Part shown: one piece after another, positions 50,861 to 63,370 of the stretch
Layout of the letters: every line of letters starts with the position of its first letter
Numbering within the stretch: position 1 is the stretch's first letter
NCBI RefSeq assembly: GCF_044704955.1
Contig: NC_091984.1
Coordinates: 147,870,001 to 147,934,000 of the forward strand
From: Pristiophorus japonicus
Taxonomy: Eukaryota
Direction of reading: 5' to 3'
Length of the DNA stretch: 64,000 nt
The notes under the pieces: model-generated
The model's database searches: none
What the model saw: only the letters and a program-made list of their open reading frames with translations
What the model was told of the DNA's origin: nothing
Position numbers and translations under genes: made by a program

Positions 50861-53800
50861 CTCTCTGGCTACAGGTGTGGTGCCGGAGGACTGGAGGACT
50901 GCTAATGTTGTACCTTTGTTTAAAAAGGGAGAAAGGGATAGACCGAGTAATTACAGGCCAGTCAGCCTAACCTCAGTGGTGGGGAAATTATTGGAAAAAA
51001 TACTGAGGGACAGGATAAATCTTCATTTAACAAGACACGGATTAATCAAGGACAGTCAGCATGAATTTGTTAAGGGAAGATCGTGTCTGAATAAAATGAA
51101 TTTTTTGAGGAGGTAACCAGGAGGATTGATGAGGGCAGTGCATATGATGTAGTGTGTATGGATTTTAACAAGGCTTTTGATAAGGTCCCACATGGAAGAC
51201 TGCTCATGAAAGTAAAAGCCCATGGGTTTCAGGGCAAAGTGGCAAGTTGGATCCAAAATTGGTTCAAAGGCAGGAAGCAAAGGGTAATAGTTAACGGGTG
51301 TTTTTGTGACTGGAAGGCTGTTTCCAGTGGGGTTCCACAGGGCTCAGTACTAGGTCCCTTGCTTTTTGTGGTATATATCAATGACTTGGACTTGAATGTA
51401 AGGGGCATGATCAAGAATTTTGCAATTGAAACTAAAATTGGCCGTGTGGTTGATAATGAAGAAGAAAGCTGTAGACTGCAGGAAGATATCAATGAAATGG
51501 TCAGGTGGGCAGAACAGTGGCAAATGGAATTCAATCCGGAGTAGTGTGAGGTAATGCATTTGGGGAGGGCTAACAAGGCAAGGGAATACACATTAATTGT
51601 TACGACACTGAAAATTGCAGAGAAACAAAGGGACCTTGGAGTACAGGTCCACAGATTCCTGATGGTAGCAGGTCAGGAAGGTAAAATGGTTAAGAAGGCA
51701 TATGGAATACTTGCCTTTATTAGACGAGGCATGAATACAAGAGCAAGGACAATTTGCTTGAACTGTATAAAACACTGGTTAGGCCACAGCAGGAGTACTG
51801 CGTGCAGTTCTGGTCACCACATTACATTACAAGAAAGATGTGATTGCACTGGAAAGGGTGCAGAGGATGCAGAGGTTACAGGGCTACGGACAGAGAGCTG
51901 GAAAGTGGGATGAGGCTGGATAGCTCTTGGTTGGCTGGCATAGGCTGAAACGGATTCCCTCCGTGCTGTGAATTTCTATGATTCTATCATGGACAGATGC
52001 ATCTACAACAGGCAGATTGTTGAGGACGAGGTCAAGTAGGTTTTTCCCTCGTGTTGGTTCTCTCCCCACCTGCTCTGGGCCCAGTCTGGCAGATATGTCA
52101 TAGAATCATAGAATCACAGGGGTTTACAGCACAGAAGGAGGCCGTTTCAGACCATCATATCCGCGCCACCCAACAAAGAGCTATCCAGCCTAATCCCACT
52201 TTCCAGCTCTGGGTCCACAGCCCTGCAGGTTACGGAACTTCAAGTGCACATCCAAGTACTTTTTAAATGTGGTGAGGGTTTCTGCCTCTACTAATGAAGG
52301 ACCTAATATTCCAGGTCCTGACCTACATCCTGAAGGGTGGAAGATGCCTGTGCGTGGATTTTTTTTAACATGTGGTGACCGTTGCACACCAGCCTTCACA
52401 CGGGCTCGACAGAGCTAGGTCTTGGTCCAGTGGCAAGGGTTAACCAGGACGACTGGAGACCTGCTCTGCTGTACGGACCGAGTGTGCACACATATCGCAG
52501 TGTGGGCTGGCCCGTGCTACCCCTGGGCCCCTGGCCACACCCCCACAACCCTCTGGGTGAAGAAATTTCCCCTCAAGTCTCCTCTAATCACTTTAAATCT
52601 ATGCCCCCTGATTGTTGAGCTGGAGGAGGAAATTCAGAAACTCCAACCCTGAGTTCAAGCACAGACCATTGCTTCCTTGAGTATGAATTGAAGCATAATT
52701 AAAGTTACATGCTCTGTTGAAGATTTTGTACATGGGAATAAAACTTATTTTATTGTAGGAGAGAGCAATTTCAGGTAATATTTGTGTGTCTGGCTAACAG
52801 AAATAGGTCCATCCTACCAACTCTTTCCAGGCCCCTCATAATTTTATACACCTCAATCAGGTCTCCCCTCAGCCTCCTCTGTCCAAAGAAAACAAACCCA
52901 GCCTATCCCATCGTTCCTCATAGTTAAAATTCTCCAGTCCAGGCAACATCCTCATATATCCTCTGTACCCTCGGTTTAAAGTCTCGTCCGAAGAAATCGT
53001 ACTGTTAATTAAACACTGAAGGCAAGAACTTTGAAGTGTTGGGAATACTCAATGTATCAAGACAGGAACATTGTAAACATTGATTGTGACATCATGCACT
53101 CACAACCTCCCCATAGTATGCACAATGTGAGCACCAGACCCGAGGACAGAACCCAAGGAGATGTGCCCAGCACCAATCCAGGACAATGATCAATGTAAAG
53201 CCAAAGCTGAATGTTATCAGGGCTGCTTTGCCGATGATTGCCCTGTGATCGCGGGCACCAGCAGCACACACACCTCTTGTGGGTACAGTCATATCGTGGT
53301 TATGTTGCTGCAGAGCACTCCACAGGCCTGCACTAATAATCCCCACAATCTCACCATGGCCCTTTGACTATTTCAATTCAGCTCTTTTTTAAATGCTGGA
53401 AATAAAAAGCTGGTCTCAGTAAAAGTGACCACAAAGCTGTCAAATTGTCACAAAAGCCCAATTGGTTCAGTGACATCCTTTAGGGAAGGAAACCTGCCGT
53501 CCTTGCCACATAAAAGGTTACTGCCCAAGATAAGAGCTCACGGGGTTGTGGGTAATATATTAGCATGGATAGAGGATTGGCTAACTAACAGCAAACAGAG
53601 AGTCGGGATAAATGGGTCATTTTCAGGTCGGCAAATTGTAATTAGTGGGGTGCCGCAGGGATCAGTGCTGGGGCCTCAACTATTTACAACCTATATTAAT
53701 GACTTGAATGAAGGGACCGAGTGTAATGTAACCAAATTTGCTGATGTACAAAGATAGGTGAGAAAGCAAGTTGTGAGGAAGACACAAAGATTCTGCAAAT

Positions 53801-54540
53801 GGATATAGACAGGCTGAGTGAGTGGACAAAGATTTGGCAGATGGAGTATAATGTTGGAAAATGTGAAGTTATCCACTTTGGTAGGAAAAATAAAAATTAT
53901 TATTTAAATGGGGAGAGATTACAAAATGCTGTGGTACAGTTCATTGATATCTTCCTGCAGTCTACAGCTTTCTTCCTCATTATCAACCATAGCCGAGTTT
54001 AGTATCATCTGCAAACTTAGTATCATCTGTAATCATCCTCCCTACATTCAAGTCTAAATCATTGATATATACCACAAAAAGCCAGGGACCCAGCACTGAT
54101 CCCTGCCGAGCCCCACTGGAAACAGCCTGCCAATCACAAAAACACCCATCAACCATTACCCTCTGCTTCCTGCCTCTGAACCAATTTTGGATCCAACTTG
54201 TCACTTTGTCCTGGATCCCATGGGCTTTTACTTTTGTGACCAGTCTGCTGTGTGGGACCTTCCCAAAAGCCTTGTTAAAATCCAAATACACTGCATCATA
54301 TGCACTGCCCTCATCGACCCTCCTGGTTATCTCCTCAAAAAATTCAATCAAGTTATTCAGACACGACCTTCCCTTAACAAATCCATGCTGACTGTCCTTG
54401 ATTAATCCGTGTTTTGTTAAATGAAGATTCCTCCTATCCCTCCCCCGAGGTTAGGCTGACTGACCTGTAGTGACTCGATCTATCCCTTGCTCCCTTTTTA
54501 AACAAAGGTACCACGTTTGCAGTCCTCCAGTCCTCCGGTA
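50861..54540. mobile_element. CR1 fragments in both orientations, interspersed with other short repeats
   Basis: RT ORFs 50877-51913 (+), ~53500-53940 (+) and 53983-54351 (-). Confidence 0.8.
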
Positions 54541-54544
54541 CCTG

Positions 54545-55000
54545 GGATTGCAATGTCAGCATCGCCCCTCTCGGCCAGCTCGGTCAGTAGTGGTGCTACC
54601 GAGACACTCTTGGTGATGGACAGTGAAGTACCCCACCCAGAGTACATTCTGTGCCCTTGCTACTCTCAGTGCTTCTTCCAAGTGGTGTTCAACATGGAGG
54701 AGTACTGATTCATCAGCTGAGGGAGGGCGGGAGGTGGTAATCAGCAGGAGGTTTCATTGACCTGATGCCATGAGACTTCATGGGGTCCGGAGTCAATGTT
54801 GAGGACTCCCAGGGACACTCCCTCCCGACTGTATACCACTGAGCTGCCACCTCGGGTGATGGAGGATTCTGGGACATTGGCTGAAAGGTCTGATTCTGTG
54901 AGTAGGACGATGTCAGGCTGGTGCTTGACTAGTCTGTGGGGCAGCTGTCCCACTTTTGACACAAGTCCCCAGATGTTGGTGAGGAGGACGTTGCAAGGTC
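54545..55000 (-). mobile_element. LINE apurinic-endonuclease fragment (partial inverted copy at 45075-45202)
   Basis: LLTNIWGLVSKVG..QPDIVLLTES..RGGSSVVY. Confidence 0.7.
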
Positions 55001-55064
55001 AGCACTGAGCCTGGGTCCACTGTCCGAGGCGGTCCTAGCTGCTGTTATTCTGCCTGATTGGATG

Positions 55065-55205
55065 GTTATTATTAGAGACTCAGACCACAGCAGAAATCCC
55101 CCGTGCAAAAAATAACTGAAGAGACTGTCAGATCGGAAGAATGAAACTTCACCCACAGAGGAAGTGAAAGAGGGAGGTTGTCACAGCTGTACGTTTGTTA
55201 ATGAC
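55065..55205. promoter_or_regulatory. Candidate B-cell enhancer core, copy B (inverted)
   Basis: GGAAGTGAAA 55160-55169, CAGCTG 55184, ACCACA 55084, GAAATCCCCC 55093. Confidence 0.55.
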
Positions 55206-55860
55206 ATGGGAGAAAACTGTGAACCGCGCTCACAGCCTCGAATCTTACAGCACAGAAGGAGGCCATTCGGCCCATCGTTCCTGTGCCGGCTCTTTGAAAG
55301 AATTACCCAATTAGTCTCACCCCCCCTCTATTTCCCCGTAATCCAGCAAATTGTTCCTTTTCAAGTATATATCCAATTCCCTCTTGCAGACCTGGGCCCA
55401 CAGCATTAGACTGCCCCTAACCTGGGCACAACATTGGCATCTCATTCATTCACTGGGTCAGGAAATGCCTGGTGTGGGAAATGGAGTCCAGGGCTCTGAA
55501 CATTCCCTCTCCTCTCCTGAGGAAGGCTTCATGCTGGGGTCCAGTACCATGGGCCCCGACAGCACATTCCGACCTCACCTACTTCCTTATTCCCCGTGTG
55601 TAAGCCTGGACCCTATCACCAGGATATCTGACTGCAGGAGGCCTCACCACTGTGTCCAGCACTGTCCTCACCCGAAATCCACACACAGTCTGCATTGATC
55701 TGGGGCCTTTAACGTGCCAAAGGTCACAAGACACTTCACATCGCTGCTGTAAGAACGTGGGGAGCGGGGGTTCGGGGGGCTTTAGGAAGGGTGATTGAAG
55801 GCCTGGGTGAAAGGATGGCGTTAGATGGAGGAGAGAGAGCTGGAGAGGAGGAGGGATTAG

Positions 55861-58318
55861 AACATAAGAAATAGCAGGAGTCGGCCTACGGCCCCTCGAG
55901 CCTGCTCCGCCTTTTAATATGATCATGGCTGATCCGATCATGGACTCAGGTCCACTTCCCTGCTTGCTCTCCATAACTCCTTATTCCCTTATCGGTTAAG
56001 AAACTGTCTATTTCTGTCTTAAATTTATTCAATGACCCATCTTCCACAACTCTCTGAGGCAGCGAATTCCACAGATTTACAACCCTCAGAGAAGAAATTC
56101 CTCCACATTTCAGTTTTAAATGGGCGGCCCCTTATTCTAAGATTATGCCTCCTAGTTCTTGTCTCCCCTATCAGTGGAAACAGCCTCTGCATCCACCTTG
56201 TCAAGCATCCTCATAATCTTACATGTTTCGATAAGATCACCTTTCATTCTTCTGATTTCCATTCAGTATAGGCCCAACCTACTCAACCTTTCCTCATAAG
56301 TCATTGCCCTCATCTACGGAATCAACCTAGTGAACCTTCTCTGAATGCCTCCAAAGCAAGTGTATCCTTTCTTAAATATGGAAATCAAAACTGCACGCAG
56401 TATTCCAGTTGTGACTTCACCAATACCCGGTATAACTGTAGCAAACACTTCCTTGCATTTATACTCTATCCCCTTTGCAATAAAGGCCAAGATTGCATTG
56501 GCCTTCCTGATCACTTGCTGAACCTGCGTAATAACCTTTTGTGTTTCATGCACCAGGACCCCCAGTTCCCGCTGCACTGCAACACTTTGTTATTTTTCTC
56601 CATTTAAATAATAACTTGCTCTTTGATTTTTTTTCTGACAAAGTGTATAACCTCACACTTTCCACCATTATATTCCATCTCCCAAATTTTTGCCCATTCA
56701 CTTAGCCTGTCTGTGTCCTTTTGCAGGTTTTTTGTTTCCTCCTCATACCTTGTGTTTACTCCTTTCTTTATATTGTCAGCAAACTTGGCTACATTACACT
56801 CGGTCCCTTCTTCCAAGTCGTTGATATAGATTGTAAATAATTGGAGTCCCAGCACTGATTCCTGCAGCATCCCACTAGTGACTGATTGCCAACCCGAGAA
56901 TGAACCATTTATCACGACTCTGTTTTCTGTTAGTTAGCCAATCCTCTATCCATGTTTATATATTACCCCCAACTCCGTGAACTTTTATCCTGTGCCTTTA
57001 ATGTGGCACCTTATTGAATGCCTTCTGGAAATCCAAATACACCACATCCACTGGTTCCCCTTTATCCACCCTGCTCATTACATCCTCAAAGAATTCCAGC
57101 AAATTTGTCAAACATGACTTCCCCTTCATAAATCCATTCTGACTCTGCCTGACTGAATTATGATTTTCCAAATGTCCTGCTACTATTTCTTTAATATTTT
57201 CCCAACTGTTCTATAGTTTCCTTTTTTTTGTCTGCATTACATTTTTAATATGGGCATTACATTTGCATTTTTCCAATCTGCTGGGATCTCCCCAGAATCC
57301 AGGGAATTTCGGTAAATTACAACCAATGCATCCACTATCCCTGTCGTTACTTCTCTTAAGACCCCAGGATGTAAGCCATCAGGTCCAGTGGATTTATCCG
57401 CCTTTAGTCCCATTATCTTACTGAGAACCACCTCCTTAGTGATTGTGATTGTGTGAAGTTCCTCTCCTTCCCCCCCCCCCCCCCCCCCTGCATAGACCCC
57501 TGACTATGCACTGTTGGGATATTTTTAGTGTCCTCTACTGTAAAGATTGCTACAAAATATTTGCTCAGTGTTTCTGCCATCTCCATGTTCCCCATGTCTA
57601 ATTCCCCGGTCTCGTCCTCTAAGGGACCAACATTTATTTTATCCGCTCTTTTCCTTTTTATATACCTGTAGAAACTCTTGCTATCTGTTTTTATATTTTG
57701 TGCTAGTTTACTTTCATCTTCCATTTCTTAATCATTTTTTTAGTCATTCTTTGCTGGATTTTAAAAGCTTCCCAGTCTTCTGTCCTCCTACTAATTTTGG
57801 CCACCTTGTATGCCCTTGTTTTTAAATTGGATACCGTCTTTTATTTCTTTAGTTAGCCACGGATGGCTATCTTTTCTTTACATCCTTTCCTCCTCACTGG
57901 AATATATTTTTCTTGAGAGTGATTAAATATCTCCTCAAATGTTCATTAACCGTCCTACATTTTAATCTATTTTCCCAGTCCACTTTAACCAACTCTGCCC
58001 TCATACTTTTGTAGTCTCCTTTATTTAATCTTAGTATACTAGTTTGAGATTCAACTTTCTCGCCCTCGATCTAAATTTGAAATTCAACCATGATATGGTC
58101 ACTCATTCCAAGGGGATCGTTTACTGGGAGATTGTTTATTAATCCTGTCTCATTGCACAAGACCAGATCTAAGATAGCCTGCCCCCGGTTAGTTTCTTTA
58201 CATACTGTACAAGGAACCCGTCCCTTATGCACTCTATCAACTCTTCTTCAAGGCTACCCTGACCAATTTGATTTGTCCAATCAATGTGCAGGTTAAAATC
58301 ACCCACTACAATCATACC
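55861..58318 (-). mobile_element. CR1 LINE ORF2 pseudogene with 3' UTR
   Basis: VVGDFNLHIDW, KSTGPDGLHP, AKFADN. The 3' tail is at ~55861. Confidence 0.88.
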
Positions 58319-58954
58319 ATGAGAACTTCCAGCGCGAGCTGCTCCAAGTGAGCGATGGCTTCGAGATGGGTGATTGGGTGATGTCATCAGGACCCAGGTC
58401 GGCATTTGGAGCGTGGGCAGGAACATCGGCGGACCCAGGTAAAGCAGAGGAGTGGGAAGGTCGCGGGGAGGTGTGGTGAGTGATCGAGGTGGAGGAGCGC
58501 TGAGGGATTGTGGCTGAGATTCGGTTGGTGATCGTGGCGGAAGTCCGGCAAATGTTTGGTGCGGAGGTGCGGCGGGAGATCGTGGTGGAGGTCAGGCGAC
58601 TGTTTGGCGCAGAGGTGTGGCGAGAGATCATGGCGGAGGTGCGGCGAATGTTGGTGGCGGAGGAGCGGTGAGGGATCGTGGTGGAGGTGCGGCAAATGAG
58701 GGATCGGGGCCCAAAAGAGCCGAGGGCCCAGGGGCAGCACGGGCCAGCCCACACTGCAATATGTAAGCGCACTGGGTCAGTGAGGTCAGGGGCAGTAGGT
58801 CAGTGAGGTGAGAGGTAGTAGGTCAGTGAGGTCAGGGGCAGTAGGTCAGTGAGGTCAGGGTTCATATTGGAGTGAGGCAGGGTACGGACACTGCATTTTG
58901 GAAAGTTGGGGTTTATGGAGAGCGGATGAAGGAAGCCAGGAGGGGACAACGAAA

Positions 58955-59161
58955 TAATCGAGTTTAGAGATGAGACTGCACACAGGGAGGTTAAAGTAAT
59001 AGTGACCTCAGTCTTTATCAAGACACTCCAGAGTGAGGAACAGGCCTTAGGGGCTGGCTTATATACACTGCTCCCGAGGGATGCTGGGATCCCTTAGGAT
59101 TTCAGGGGATGTACTCCCTGGTGGCAGAACATGGGAGTGCATGCTTTACAGATACACAACA
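58955..59161 (-). repeat. Solo Gypsy LTR fragment related to the element A LTRs
   Basis: Shares GCTTATATAC..GCTCCC..GGGATGCTGGGATCCCTT and an ACA terminus. Confidence 0.6.
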
Positions 59162-59889
59162 GAGCCAAGCAGAGCCATGGGTTTCTTCCATCAAGGGGCT
59201 GATGTAGGGCGGAGATGGGCAACGTTGGAGATGGAAATAAGAGGATGTGGCGTTCGAAGCTCAGTCTTTGGAGAACCAATAGGAAGGAGCCATGTTTCCT
59301 GGTCTCTAGTGGAGGAGCGGCACCCTTCAGTGAGAAAACCAAGGCCTGTCTGAGGGCAGGTATTGTGACGGTCAGAGGTCCATTTTGTGGAAGGAGGAAA
59401 GGTCAGAGAGACCACAGACATTGTGCTCACCATGGACTCCGCCGCTGAGTGGGGTCAGCGGCCGGAAGGAGGCCCGAGCGTCGCCGGGGGCGAGGGAGGC
59501 ACGAGTGTCGCCGGGGGGGGGGGGGCGGGGGGAGGGAGGGAGGCCCGAGCATCGCTGGGGGGGGGGGAGGGAGGGAGGCACGAGCATCGCCGGGGGGGGG
59601 GGCGGGGGAGGGAGGCCCGTACGTTAGGGTGAGGAGTGAAGGTCGGGCCCAAACCTGTGGATGGGGCGGGTCGGAGGCTCACAGCCGTTGAGTTCGCCGG
59701 GATAGGTTGGAGCAGCTGAGTCGGCCAATGGGGAGTGAGCAGCGAGGGTCCAGCTGGAGGGACATGGCAGCAGGCAGGTCGACCTGGAAGGTAGGCCGAG
59801 GATGGGCGATGGGTAGTGGGACCTTGCGTACGGGATTTTAGGGATTTTGGGGTAGATAAAATACTTACACCGCAGTCAATCCACCTACG

Positions 59890-60742
59890 GCCCAAGCACC
59901 CAAGGCCCCACCCCACTGCTGGCCAAGAACAAGGAGACACTGAGGCAGTCACAACCTGCTGGAAGGAACACTTTGAAGATCTCCTTAATCGAGAATCTGC
60001 CTTAGATCTGAGTGTCCTCGACTCCATCCCGCAGCATGCTACCCATCACCTTCTCAGTAAAACCCCAGCCCTGCACGAGGTTGAAAAGGCCATCTGTCAG
60101 CTGAAGAACAACAAGGCATCGGGGACGGATGGAATCCCCGCTGAGGCATTAATGTATGGCAGAGCGTCACTATTGACATGAATGCATAACCTCACCTCTC
60201 TCATCTGGAGGGAGGAGAGCATGCCGGGAGATCGCAGAGATGCAGTAATCGTGACCCATCTTTAAAAAAGGGGACAAGTCCGACTGCGGCAACAGCAGAG
60301 GAATCTCCCTGTTATCAGCCACTGGGAAAGTCATCGCTAGAATCCTCCTCGACAGTCTTCTCCCTGTGGCTGAGGAGCTCCTGCCGGAGTCACAATGCGG
60401 ATTCCGTCCACTACGGGGTACAACGGACATGATATTTACGGCGCGACAACTGCAAGAGAAAAGCAGGGAACAGCACCAACCCTTGTCCATGGCCGCCTTT
60501 GACCTTACAATGGCCTTTGACACTGTTAACCGCGAGGGTCTGTGGACCGTCCTCCTCCATTTCGGCTGCCCCCAAAAGTTTGTCCCCATTCTCAGCCTGC
60601 ACCACGACGACATGCAAGCCATGGTCCCAACCAACGGATCCATCATAGACGCAATCCACATTCGGACTGGAGTCAAGCAGGGCTGCATCAACGCACAAAC
60701 CCGATTCTCGATCTTCCTGACGACAATGCTCCACCTCACACT
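59890..60742 (+). mobile_element. RTE-clade LINE RT fragment
   Basis: KASGTDGIPAE, LPESQCGFRPLRGTTDMIF, FDLTMAFDTVNR, TGVKQGC. Confidence 0.88.
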
Positions 60743-61078
60743 ATTGGAGAACCAATAGGAAGGAGCCATGTTTCCAGGTCCCTATTGGAGGACCAATAGG
60801 AAAGAGCCATGTTTCTTGGTCCCTATTTGGGGATCAACAGGAAGGGGCCATGTATCCTGGTTCCTATTGGGGGACCAATAGGAAGGTATCATGTTTCACG
60901 CGACCTATTCGAGGACCAATAGGAAGGAGCCATGTTTCCTGGGCCCTATTTGAGGACCAATAGGAAGGATCGATGTTTCCTGGTCCCTATTGGGGGATCA
61001 AAAGGAAGGAGCCATGTTTCCTGGCCCCTATTGGAGGACCTATAGGAAGGGGCTATGTTTTGTGGGCCCTATTGGAGA
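60741..61078. repeat. ~41-bp minisatellite (~8 units) with an internal palindrome
   Basis: Unit CCTATTGGAGGACCAATAGGAAGGAGCCATGTTTCCTGGTC. An extra detached unit is at ~59268-59315. Confidence 0.88.
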
Positions 61079-61689
61079 AGCAGTGGGATGTGGAGTGTGC
61101 ATCCTTCCTGTTGTAAATGTTGGATCGTTGGCACCTGATCCCAGCAAAAACCCCTGACCTGGAGTGGGCCCATGGAAGGGGAAAGGATTCGTAGGTGTTC
61201 TGAGTGGACAGGATGGGGCAGTGGGTCAGACCCTGTCCTGTCGCTCCAGCTCACACTGATGGGGTGAGGATCTCCTCCCTCTGCCGGGCCTTCATGAAAT
61301 CAGCTTTCTGTCCAAACTGGTTCCCACTGAGAAAAGGCCCTAAATTGGGCAATAAACAGCCAGTGTACTGAGAGAGGCCAAGGGATGGCCATTGTGGGGA
61401 ATGGGGCCTTACTCCAGGAGAATGCATTTTCTGGGGTCAACGGTTAACATCCATTGATGGGGCAGGGCACAGGGAGGTTTACTCTGCATTTCAGTGTGCT
61501 GCACCGGGGAGTCTGTGGGGAAGAGAGAGTGACACAGAGAGTGAAACGGGGAGAGAGAGGCTATGAATCAGAGACAGAGAGGTGTAGAGGAAAGCTGTGA
61601 GACATAGGGCAATGAAGGCTGAGACAGAGAGCGAGAGAGAGAGAGGGTGGGAGAGGGAGTGGAACCGGGAAGGAGATGGAGGGAGAGAA

Positions 61690-61786
61690 GAGGAAGTGTA
61701 AGTTGCTGACGTGGCTTTCTCTGGGTGAAGACATTTACATACTGAGTGATGGGCAGTGAGACTCTCACAGGCTGCAGGTTTATAAA
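61690..61786 (+). promoter_or_regulatory. V-kappa promoter
   Basis: GAGGAAGT 61690, TGACGT 61707, octamer variant ATTTACAT 61733-61740, TATAAA 61781-61786. Confidence 0.7.
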
Positions 61787-61844
61787 GCAGGGCCCAGTGA
61801 AGGGCAGTTTTCAGTAAGCAGGCACAGGGACAGGAGCAGACACC

Positions 61845-61893
61845 ATGATTTCACCCATCCAGCTGATCTGGCCTCTGGCATTCTGCGTCGCAG
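61845..61893 (+). CDS. IGKV: Ig kappa leader exon (MISPIQLIWPLAFCVA)
   Basis: Kozak-like ACCATG, hydrophobic leader, phase-1 GT donor at 61894. Confidence 0.92.
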
Positions 61894-62080
61894 GTACCAA
61901 TCTCTCTCCTTCCACGTTTAATATCTCCCTGCTGTCGATTTCTGTCCAACTCTACTGACCAGTGATTGAAGGGCAAATGCTGACACTAGAGGAGAGCTCA
62001 GTGTCTCGAGCAATCTCTCATTTTACAGCGTCTTTCTGTGACAGTGCTTACTTCACTTTCTTTCCCCATTTCCCCCTCAG

Positions 62081-62382
62081 GTATCAGTGGGGACATCATC
62101 ATGACCCAGTCTCCCCCGGTGCTGTCAGTGAGTGAGGGACAGACTGCAACCATCACCTGTACCGCCAGTGCATCCGTTAGCAGCAGTTATGTTAATTGGT
62201 ACCAGCAGAAAGCCGGGCAGAAACCCACTCTGCTGATCTATGCAGCAACAACTCGTTTCACTGGAACCTCCGATCGCTTCACCGGCAGTTACCAGTCCAA
62301 CACGTTCACCCTGAGCATCAGCAACGTGCAGAGCGAGGATGTCGCAGACTATTACTGTCAGTATGGGTATAGCTCCGCTGGA
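62081..62382 (+). CDS. IGKV: Ig kappa V exon, germline and unrearranged
   Basis: Acceptor TTTCCCCCTCAG. Translation [51 protein letters not shown]. Confidence 0.96.
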
Positions 62383-62410
62383 CACTGTGATACACAGCCG
62401 GACAAAAACC
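62383..62410 (+). other. Recombination signal sequence with 12-bp spacer (kappa configuration)
   Basis: Heptamer CACTGTG, spacer ATACACAGCCGG, perfect nonamer ACAAAAACC. Confidence 0.95.
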
Positions 62411-62416
62411 TCAATA

Positions 62417-62560
62417 TACACAGCGCCACCTCCTGTACTGACTCACCCCACAGTTATATAAAATATATAATAATGGACACACAGCCCCACCTCCTGTACT
62501 GACTCACCCCACAGTTATATATAATATATAATAATGGACACACAGCCCCACCTCCTGTAC
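62417..62560. repeat. ~62-bp tandem repeat (2.3 copies) immediately after the RSS
   Basis: ACACAGCCCCACCTCCTGTACTGACTCACCCCACAGTTATATA... Confidence 0.8.
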
Positions 62561-62789
62561 GGTTTTACACATGACTGACACACAGCTCGATGGGAGTGAC
62601 GGCAGGAATATTCAGCTGGAAGCTGCAGTGAATTGGGAAAGGATGGAGTGGGTCAGAGAGGAGTTGGGGCTGTGTCTTCATCACTGAGAATCTCACAGCT
62701 CTACTCTGTACATTCAGACAGCACGGAGACACTGGGTGGTCCCTGTGTCCTCAATCCAAATAATCTCACAAACCCCCCACTATTGAGAG

Positions 62790-63370
62790 GGCCACAACTT
62801 ATAAAACCCAAAGTATAAACATGAAAGTGAAATGGTCGTGCTCTTTCCCTGCCCACCCCACACTCGAGGCCCTGCGGTGCCCACCCGTCGCAGAAGGCCT
62901 CAGGCCTACCCTGGGCTCCGTCCCCAGGTCCACCCGGGCATGGACAACGCCCCCGAAGGGAGACAGGCAGGCAGTGCGACCACCCCATGGGCCCCGTCCA
63001 ACTGGGACCTGTGGATGGTCACCTCCGACCTGCCCACTCCACCCGCAGCGGGTGACTAGGCCCAGGAGCAGGCCCAGGAGCAGGCCCACGGGGAGGCTCT
63101 CCGACCTGCCCGCTCCCCCCGCACCGGGTGACCAGACCCAGGAGCAGGCCCACCGGGAAGGCCCTCCGACCTGCCCACTCCCCCCGGCACCGGGTGACCA
63201 GGCCCAGGAGCAGGCCCACGGGGAGGCCCTCCGACCTGCCCACTCCCCCCGCACCGGGTGACCAGGCGCAGGAGCGTGGGACTGAAGTGGAGCCAGAAAT
63301 TGAGGAGCAGCCCCTTCAAATAGTGGAAGAGGGGCTGCATCCTCTCACACTCCACGTACACACGGGTCAC
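62790..63370 (-). mobile_element. Tx1 LINE 3' fragment with an internal ~63-75-bp tandem duplication
   Basis: VYVECERMQPLFHYLKGLLLNFWLHFSPTLL, repeated VGLLLGL, FCDGWAPQGLEC. Confidence 0.7.

Noticed and set aside
43400-58318. CR1s at 43400-44740 (+) and 55861-58318 (-) as part of the inverted duplication
   Set aside because: Same family but different insertion points and deletions; independent insertions are more likely.
60741-61078. CRISPR-like palindromic array (also 14259-14726 and 32050-32345)
   Set aside because: Eukaryotic context and no unique spacers; these are plain minisatellites.
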